From assembly GCA_010015805.1 (NCBI GenBank), contig ML978121.1, forward strand, positions 806,001 through 870,000: a stretch of 64,000 nucleotides of DNA, in the 5' to 3' direction. Position 1 is the stretch's first letter. The number at the start of each line of letters is the position of its first letter. Below are positions 56,097-64,000 of this stretch, piece after piece. The notes below the pieces were generated by a model that had not been told where the DNA came from, did not search any database, and saw only the letters and a list, made by a program, of their open reading frames with translations. Source of the stretch: Rhizodiscina lignyota (lineage: Eukaryota). The position numbers and the translations under genes are program-made.

Positions 56097-57837
56097 ATGG
56101 ACGGAGCAGTACAGGACACTGAGAAACCTTTGGACGACCGCGAGCTTGGGTCTTCAGCCCCCTTACCTACCCGTGATGTTGAATGGGAGACTTCAGATTT
56201 CGACCCATTAAACTGGGCAAGGTCAAAGAAATGGACTACCGTTGGTAAGCTGCCTGCTCGAAATCAAACTGTATAGAACTCTGATTCACGGGACAGGAAC
56301 TGTGTCGTTTCATACCTTCGTATCGTGAGTATAAGGCTCACCGAGCAGGACAAGCAGCATTATCTTTATGTGATGCTGACTCTCAATGAACAGTCCCTTG
56401 GCCAGTTCAATAATGGCCCCCGGTTTGCCAGAGATCGGACGTCACTTCAACATAACGAGCCCTACATTGCTCGCCTTAACGCTGACGATCTATCTTCTGG
56501 CTTGGGCTTTAGGTCCGATGCTTTTGGGGCCTCTCTCTGAGGTGTACGGGAGACGATGGGTCGTTAACATCTCCGGTGGCATATTCACAGCTTTCAGCAT
56601 CGGATGCATATTTGCACAGTCTGCCGGCCAGCTTGTTGCATTTCGATTCCTCGCCGGTATTGGGGCCTGCACCCCGATATCGATTGGTAGCGCAATCGTG
56701 GCAGATATCTTCATACCCCAGGAGAGAGCCCCTGCTACAGCTGCCTACGCAATGGCGCTCCTACTTGGGCCACCAGTGGGGCCGGTAGTGGGTGGATATA
56801 TCGCGGAGACAATCGGATTCAAGTACGGATTTGTCTTGACTGCAGCTCTGGGTGGCTGTGCAACTCTCCTGAGCTTGTGTCTCCTACCCGAGACATATGC
56901 CGAAGTCTTACGTTTTCGAGCCGAGCGGGCTGGCAAATTGAGCGGTCCACAGGAGACGGAAGGAGGCGCTGGAGGTGAGTAAACTGAGACTGGATCTGAG
57001 AGACAATTACTAAATCATCCAGTCCATATAATACATGCGTCGCGTAGGCCTATTATGCTACTCATTAAAAGCCCAATTTGTCTCGTCCTAAGCTTTTACG
57101 GGGCTCTGTACGGCTGGCGCATCTCCCTTTAAGTTTTGGTGCTGTTGCTAACAGCATTTTTAGGGTCTATGGATATCTCAACATGTTCTTTACAACATTC
57201 CCGTCTGTTTTCGGAGACATATACGGCTTTCGGCCGGGTCCTACTGGTCTCACGTACGTAGCTGGAGGCCTTGGAGAACTAACTGCTACAATGGTCGGGG
57301 GCTGGCTCGGACAGAGAATCTACCTTGACGTGAGTAACTTTTGATGCACTAAGGATACTTCCTCGTCTCTTTGCTAACTTCAAAACTCTCTAGCTCACAA
57401 GACGTAATTCCGGCAAGGCGGAGCCCGAATTTCGCATCCCCGGGATGATTCTAGGCTCGTTTGCCGTTCCGATTGGTCTCTTCTGGTTCGGCTGGAGTGC
57501 TCAGGCACACGTACATTGGATCGTTCCCATACTGGGCTCAGCAGTCTTCGGTTTCGGTCTGATGTCTGTTCTTCTACCGATGCAGCTATACCTTGTCGAC
57601 GCGTTCCGCTACGCCGCTTCTGCTCTTGCCGCAGCTGCCTTATTTCGATCTCTGCTTGCCTTCGCTATCCCTCTTTTCGCGCCGCAAATGATCCATGCAA
57701 TGGGCCTGGGAGGTACATACTCGTTTTTGGGTGGGCTCAGCATTGCAATCGGTATACCGCTCCCGATATGGATATATTTGCGAGGCAAAGAGATTCGTTC
57801 TTGGAGCAACCTATATTCTTCAACGACTGGAGAGTAA
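56097..57837 (+). CDS. MFS drug:H+ antiporter (DHA1-like)
   Basis: DPLNW...KKW, GPLSEVYGRR, LPETY and PEFR motifs; five introns. Confidence 0.9.
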
Positions 57838-58120
57838 TTTTAGAACACCATGCACGTCCGCATCATCATGCTGGACTGGGAGAAATAGCAATGAAGAAAT
57901 GGTACTGCGCGTGGAAGTTTTCAGTTCGTTAGAGTCTTTGAAAGCATGATAGACTGAAGAGAAGCATCTTTACTGCAACAAAGGGATTTGAGAAGATACC
58001 ATCTAAATCGCTGTCCATGCCTCAGGAAGATTGTGGAAGATTTTGGGATACAGGAAGGCAAGAGGATCGCCAGGAGAACTGAACAATTTGTCGAATATAT
58101 TTAAACCCACTTAAATTCCT

Positions 58121-58639
58121 CTAAAGATACTCTGCAATAATTTCAAGCTTTTCAATCCCATCGGACCAATCCTCAGAGACATCTTCCGTGGTCCAATAGA
58201 GTTGCGGGTAACCCTTATACATATCTGCGGGATTCTCACGGCAGGCCCAGCTCTTCCATTGCGAAGTTGCTTTCTGGCTATCCGTAGGCTTTTGCACCGC
58301 TACAATTACTCTCCATCTGAGCAGCTGTTCCTTATCCGGACCAAATGAGAATCCAATGTCAGCGCGGTTCTCGAATATCTCAACTTTGTACAGTCTGGTG
58401 CCAGCATGGTCTTCGCCGCCTTCATCATGGTCAACGCTCATGCAGAAGCCGAAGACCTTATCTTTAAAGGATGCCATGAGTTTCTCATCCTCCAGATAGA
58501 ATTTAATGAATTTTGGGTGATCCGGAGTCAGCACTATGTCCGCATGGCCACTTCCGGTGTAGCGAAGGTAGCGGCCATTGTATTCAGGATTTGTGCAGGC
58601 ATGGACTTTCAGGTAGAAGTACTGCTTTTGATCTGACAT
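58121..58639 (-). CDS. Hypothetical protein, 172 aa
   Basis: Clean ATG-to-stop ORF; GRYL...ADIVL and GYPQLYW motifs recall small fungal beta-rich proteins; function unknown. Confidence 0.6.
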   Translation of the reverse strand: MSDQKQYFYLKVHACTNPEYNGRYLRYTGSGHADIVLTPDHPKFIKFYLEDEKLMASFKDKVFGFCMSVDHDEGGEDHAGTRLYKVEIFENRADIGFSFGPDKEQLLRWRVIVAVQKPTDSQKATSQWKSWACRENPADMYKGYPQLYWTTEDVSEDWSDGIEKLEIIAEYL

Positions 58640-58939
58640 TGAACAGATGACTCCAGGTCTCTGTATTACTTTGTAATACGTCCGAAGAGTTGAGTTGAAC
58701 TGAGATCACCGCCCAGGCACACACCCAAATTTAATGCCCCACCACTCAGCGCAGACCATTTATCCATTGGAGTGCTTCCCATTGGTAAGCTCGAAGCTTC
58801 TGTTTGGTGCAGAGAAATCGTCTTAAGGGGGCCCGAGGCCCTAAGTAAGGTTTATTTTAATGTTCTGACAGGCTTCGGGTTTAATTCAAGCGAAAACTCA
58901 TGACATCAGGCAATACGACCTGATCAACATTAACCCTCA

Positions 58940-59056
58940 TCTTCTCCGCTCCACCAAGGGGGCAGCTCCGCTCGTGCCGCCAAAGTCCAATTCGATTGAG
59001 GCAAGTTTGCAGGGCCCTTACTGCGGGGACTGAGGTACAGTCGGACGCGCCGGGGA
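58940..59056 (+). promoter_or_regulatory. GARE-like CCNCCAA boxes and CreA-like SYGGRG sites upstream of GH28
   Basis: CCACCAA at 58951-58957 and CCGCCAA at 58977-58983; CTCCGC twice, GCGGGG and CCGGGG nearby. Confidence 0.45.
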
Positions 59057-59176
59057 TTTTCTCAACGCCTGTGCCTTGAAAGCTCGTGAAAGGTGACTCT
59101 ACATAAGTACCCGGCCTTTTCGCTTGATTTCCTGCTTGTGCGCAATTGTTTCGTCTTGTTCGCTGCAGTGTCCAAA

Positions 59177-60556
59177 ATGCGTTTCAAACAAATCCTCTCT
59201 ATTCTATCTCTCAGCGTCTGTGTTCCGTCCGTGGTTGGTTATGTTGTCAACAATGGGACCTCTTGCTATCTCTACCCAGAGTCGCTCACGCATTTTGGGC
59301 AGCCTGTAGACGACACTCCATCCATTCTCCAAGCTTTCGAGCTCTGCGGTATTAATGGCAGTGTCATCTTCACAGAGAACACTTTTCACATTAATCAAAT
59401 CATGAATACTACCAACCTTCAGAATTGTGATGTTACACTGGCGGGCGAACTTCAATTCTCAACAAACGTTCCATACTGGCTCTCTCACTCCATAAATGTT
59501 GGTTTGCAGAATCAGTCTACTGCCTGGTTAATAGGTGGCACGAACCTCTCTTTCCGCGGTGTCGGAAGTGGATGGATCAATGGCAATGGGCAAACATGGT
59601 ATACTGAGAATAAGAGCAACGCCAACCAACCTCGGCGTCCGATCACCATGACATTCTACAACAGCACAAATCTGTTCGTCGACAACTTGAATATTACGCA
59701 GCCACAGTTCTGGGCAATCTTCGTATCATTTACCAAGAACGCAACGCTGAATAACATTTATGTGAACGCTACGTCCAACGACCAGTGGAGTACGACAAAT
59801 ACCGATGGTGCCGATACCTGGAATAGCCATGGCGTATTCATGACAAACTGGACCGTTCAGAATGGGGATGACTGCATCGCAGCAAAAGGGAACACATCGG
59901 AATTGTACGTTAAGAATGCCACGTGCATCGGAGGTAATGGCATGACGATCGGCTCCGTCGGACAATATCCACTCATGCCAGACTACAACGAAAACACCGT
60001 ATTCGAAGACGTGCGTGTCATTGATTCAGGAGATGGAGCGTACATCAAGACATGGCAGGGCATCGCCGTAGGCGAGAGCTCTAACGGTGATGCTGGTGGC
60101 GGTGGCCCTGGATATGTGCGGAATGTCACCTTCAAAAACTTCCAGATCGAGAACGTTGGTTTGCCGATTCAGATATCGCAATGCATCTACAGCGAGGCGA
60201 ACGCGTCCAATTGCGAGACCTCCAAGATGGCAGTCAGCAATATCACGTGGGAGAACTTCAGCGGAACGTCCAGGTACAATATCGCTGCATCGCTGCACTG
60301 CGCAGGGAGCCATCCTTGCCCAGACATCTTTTTCCGGAACGTCAACATTTCTAGTGTGAATGAGACCAAGGGGGAGCCCGCATGGAACACAACATTGCAG
60401 AAAGAGATATACCAGTGCGCCAATATACTGAACGAGAACAGTACCAGCGGCATTCCGTGCAATCGATGGGCGCCGAGCAACTTCGGACAAGGGGTTAGCG
60501 GAAACATCCAAGAAAGCGGATCGCAAAGCCCAAGTAGGGTGAGAAAGTACTTATGA
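59177..60556 (+). CDS. Secreted GH28 glycoside hydrolase (RgxB-like exo-acting rhamnogalacturonan enzyme)
   Basis: Signal peptide MRFKQILSIL, NTDGAD, GDDCIA, GNGMTIGS and GAYIKTW; intronless. Confidence 0.88.
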   Translation: MRFKQILSILSLSVCVPSVVGYVVNNGTSCYLYPESLTHFGQPVDDTPSILQAFELCGINGSVIFTENTFHINQIMNTTNLQNCDVTLAGELQFSTNVPYWLSHSINVGLQNQSTAWLIGGTNLSFRGVGSGWINGNGQTWYTENKSNANQPRRPITMTFYNSTNLFVDNLNITQPQFWAIFVSFTKNATLNNIYVNATSNDQWSTTNTDGADTWNSHGVFMTNWTVQNGDDCIAAKGNTSELYVKNATCIGGNGMTIGSVGQYPLMPDYNENTVFEDVRVIDSGDGAYIKTWQGIAVGESSNGDAGGGGPGYVRNVTFKNFQIENVGLPIQISQCIYSEANASNCETSKMAVSNITWENFSGTSRYNIAASLHCAGSHPCPDIFFRNVNISSVNETKGEPAWNTTLQKEIYQCANILNENSTSGIPCNRWAPSNFGQGVSGNIQESGSQSPSRVRKYL

Positions 60557-60699
60557 CGGGTGGGGAAAATCAGGTCGGGCTGATGGAAGCGGATGTGTAG
60601 GAGTCTGTGGAGTGCCCATGATGGCGGTGATTGAACAAGCAGATGAGAATGGAGCACCAAATATTATGCCCATCTATCCAAGCTCTTCTAAGTCTTCGC

Positions 60700-62482
60700 T
60701 CACAAACTTCTCCCTGTCTCTCTCTCCTTTCTCCACGTCGTTCGTTCCTGCTTAGTAACGCCCGGACCTTGATATACGCTGCCCTTCAATCCACTTGCCC
60801 AGTCTTTGCCCTCTCCGTCTGCCCCCGCTTCCGTCGCCGTCAGTCTTCGCTTGTACCACTTGCCGTACACCAGAAGATAGTACAAGCGGAAGCTCAGGAA
60901 AGCCCAGGAGTCCCTTTCCAAATCCTCCGGATACGTCGCACCGAGATTTACCGCAGCCGCGATGCCACTAATACACGCGACTTCGTGAGCATTCACCAAT
61001 GTCCAGCTCGCCGCGAAGCGTGTGTGCTTCCGGCCTTGCAGCAGCCACATCCAAGGCACAACGAATGCGTAATGTGTCCATGAATGACAGAGCTGGTGCC
61101 ACCAGTCCTTCCTGATAATCTTCTCTTCGTCGATCTGGTTAAGGTCCCAGAGGTGGCCGTCACGTTCTCTGTTGAGGAAGATCGTCTGAAAGACGTGATT
61201 ATCAAAGTCGACTTCAGGCGGGAACTGTGACTGATAGTTTGTGCAATCGAAGCACATCTCAAGCTTGCTGAGGTCAGACTGGTATGGCTTGATGAGGTAC
61301 ATTGGGCGGAAATTCTTCTTGGCATAGTCGATGCGGGAGGATTGGTCAACACCTGAAAGGGACGAGACGGCTTGCTCCTCGTTGTAGCCGATTTCATAGT
61401 GCTTGCGCATGTAGTCGGCATCATAGTGCGTGACAGTAATATCATTTGCAAATTTTGCAGAACCAAGGACTTTGGATTCGCGCGTGGATATTGTGGTTCC
61501 AAGTATGCGCTTTGCTGTATCAGCCAGCACGCAGAGCACAAGCTCATCATACTCCTCCTGGACTTCTTGAACCTCCCCAGCATCGGCATTGCTGGAAGAA
61601 TCGTTCGTCACCCAGTCGCTATTCGGGTTATGACCGTCTTCAGTGGGAGTACGTTTGATGGTACGGACGACAACACCCTTGCTGTCACGCTTCATGACCC
61701 GCGTGAGTTCGGTATTGAGGCGTACGCGAACGCCTTTTTGCTCCAGGCTCTTCTTCCAGTCATTGTAAAAGTCGCTGAAGTTCGGAAAGACAACCATGGG
61801 TGGGAGATTGCTTGCGATACTGAGCTTGTCAGGAGGATACCACATGCCAAACGTGGGACTTGTGCTCAGGCGCTCCATGATCATTGAAGGGACCTCTGGT
61901 GTATAGTTGCCGGTGCCCAAGAATAACGCAACCATTGGTAGTGCGACAGTATTCGCAAAGAGATCGGAGAACCAAAACAGCTTCATGAGATACTTGAGTG
62001 GTAGGAGCGCGAAGAATATCTCGAACCACCGTACCATGCCAAGCATACGAGCGAAGCGCTTGATTTGTGATTGATGGTTGGCCAGATGCTTCGTTGGGTA
62101 TACATTCGACCAAAACTGATCATCTTTCCCGAAGGCCACCTGAAGTTTGACTGGGTCCGCCTGGTGCCCTTGTCTCGCAAACATTGTCATCGTGTGATGG
62201 AAAATATAGCTGCCCCCTTGCACACCCTGATTTAGCCAGCTTGCACCATGCTTGTTCTTGTCGATTGGGATGGAGAAGGCTTGTCCGCCGCAATAGCCTG
62301 CGGCTTCGATGAGGGTTACGTCGAATTTGTCCGGGGGCTCGGCGAGATGATGTGCACAAGACATCCCTATACAATCAGTCAATTGCTCAGCCCTCGCATC
62401 AATGGATGTATTAAGCGTCCGTACCAGCTGCACCAGCACCTACAACTAACACACGCTTCCTTTTCATCTCGTTCTTTGCCAT
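60700..62482 (-). CDS. Flavin-containing amine oxidoreductase-like protein
   Basis: Exon 1 MAKNEMKRKRVLVVGAGAA is spliced to GMSCAHHL...EAAGYCGGQA; C-terminal SWTLVNAHEVACISG. Confidence 0.85.
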
Positions 62483-63187
62483 GGTGGTTGGTAGGATTGG
62501 CTCGCTTGAGTCTCTCATATGGTGATCAAGGAGGCCGATATTTCTGTATAACAAGGCAGGAGATGACAGCCCGCGCCCGTTCGAGTGATCTGGCCATGAT
62601 AAAGAAGAAACAATCGCGTTGTTGTATGTGGTGCGTCATTGACAGGATGGAATTGGGTTGGTCGGAAAACCCCCGATCTGCACCTATCGATGAGCCGCGC
62701 TAGGATCTTGCATATCATCTCATCTCGCGTTGGTCACCTTCATTCGGTGCCATCATAATCCCCCTGATTCAAAGCATCATCATTCATACCTCCCTCCCTG
62801 TATCTGAAGTCGCATGGCATCACTTTGCTGCTAACTAGACGATGCTGGATATCTGTTTGGTGTCCTCGACATGCGTCCTTCGTACTCCGTGGAGCTTACT
62901 GGACATCTCCTAGCCCCTTTCAGTTACTCTGTCCTAACATCTGCCTTACAGCCTAAGAGATATATTAATGTTCTTCAGGTATCTTCCTCATATTGTCTTG
63001 TATTCAACTGAGCGGTCTGTTCTAAGTTCATTCCTTCGTGCTAATAATCGATGCCCGAGAGCAGCAGTCATCCGACATGTTTGCGCGACTGATAAAAGTA
63101 GCCCTCATTGACTTACTCGCCTTATATGAACCTCACTTTAGAAGGATCGGTTGCTCCGCCTCTCTCTTATTTCCCTCACTGCAATTA

Positions 63188-63702
63188 TGGATCGCAATCC
63201 AAATACGGAATCCACATCCGCATGCTCACGAGTCTTCTCAATAGCCGAATTGGTTGAGCTTATTCTTCTCTGCGTTGAGCCTGACAACTTCAATCTGTGT
63301 TGCGCTCCAAGAGTCTGCCGATTCTGGTACGATGTCACTGGGAAGGAGGGACCATCTATTCGAAAGAAACTTTTCCTGCCGCTGAGCGCTGACGAACCCC
63401 ACAATTCCGCCGCTACAGATGAAGATACGTATGCCCCTAATCCTTGGGTTGAGACACGACTTGAACCATTTCCCCCTCGGTACGTGGGATGGTGCGGTGC
63501 AACGATTTTCTTGGAGCATTTGACTAGATGCATCGGAACGCAAACGAGCGTCAAGAACGCTAAATTATTCGAGCCGCATGCAAGTTGGAGATGGATGCTC
63601 CCGTATCAACCCCCTTGTACGAGACTCCGTATCATTGAGTGTGTCCACTCCCCGAAATACGGTCCGTGTAGGCACGCTCTCATCTGCCTCCCGAACCGAT
63701 GA
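63188..63702 (+). CDS. F-box-like protein (3' end uncertain)
   Basis: VFSIAELVELILL..RVCRFWYDV..SIRKKLFL and ASWRWML motifs; may continue in another frame towards the window edge. Confidence 0.62.
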
Positions 63703-64000
63703 GTCTTTCCAAACAAGTGTCACAAGATCTCCTCAGTTTGAAGGAGATGGCTGGGGTGGAAAAACAATAGGTATGGGGCTTCTGTATCAGACTGTTCATA
63801 CGTATCTTTTGGAAGGTCCGTGGAACCGTTTCTGCCTACTGAACCCTTCACAATGTACCGATCTTTTCGCGGCGGAGATGCATGAGCAATTTCGTTGCAT
63901 ACGGCCGATATGTCTACGCTGCTTCCTTGTGGAGTTGAAGCGGCTGCATCCAGAGGTAGGGAGCGCTGAAAACAATGCAGGAACTGTAACACTTCTACTT

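Overview
Gene-dense eukaryotic DNA from a filamentous ascomycete (Pezizomycotina-like), with short GT-AG introns of about 50 nt and CTRAY branch sites. I found no tRNA, rRNA, CRISPR array or intact transposon. The window holds about 27 protein genes. Housekeeping genes: U1-70K, mitoribosomal mL43 and uS14, TPI1, an Ash1-like SET methyltransferase, an Arb2-domain protein, CDC48, GDA1 and a PPPDE-PUL protein. Accessory and metabolic genes: hexose and DHA1 MFS transporters, an FAD monooxygenase, cytochrome b561, an enoyl-reductase-like ADH, a stand-alone adenylation enzyme, a P450, an old yellow enzyme, ALDH, a ferric reductase, GH28, an amine oxidase-like protein and two F-box proteins. There is also a frameshifted arylsulfatase remnant. 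Most notable: (1) an intronless 639-aa ORF that looks like a UFL1 (UFM1 E3 ligase) homologue lacking the N-terminal E2-binding helix, in a lineage generally thought to have lost UFM1; (2) two tandem hairpins directly after the U1-70K stop codon, each pairing a U1-5'-end-like CUUAC with a 5' splice site, plus a stop-containing weak intron, suggesting splicing autoregulation; (3) a GATA/SreA-box cluster upstream of the ferric reductase and GARE-like boxes upstream of GH28. All family calls come from motif recognition by eye, not from database searches.
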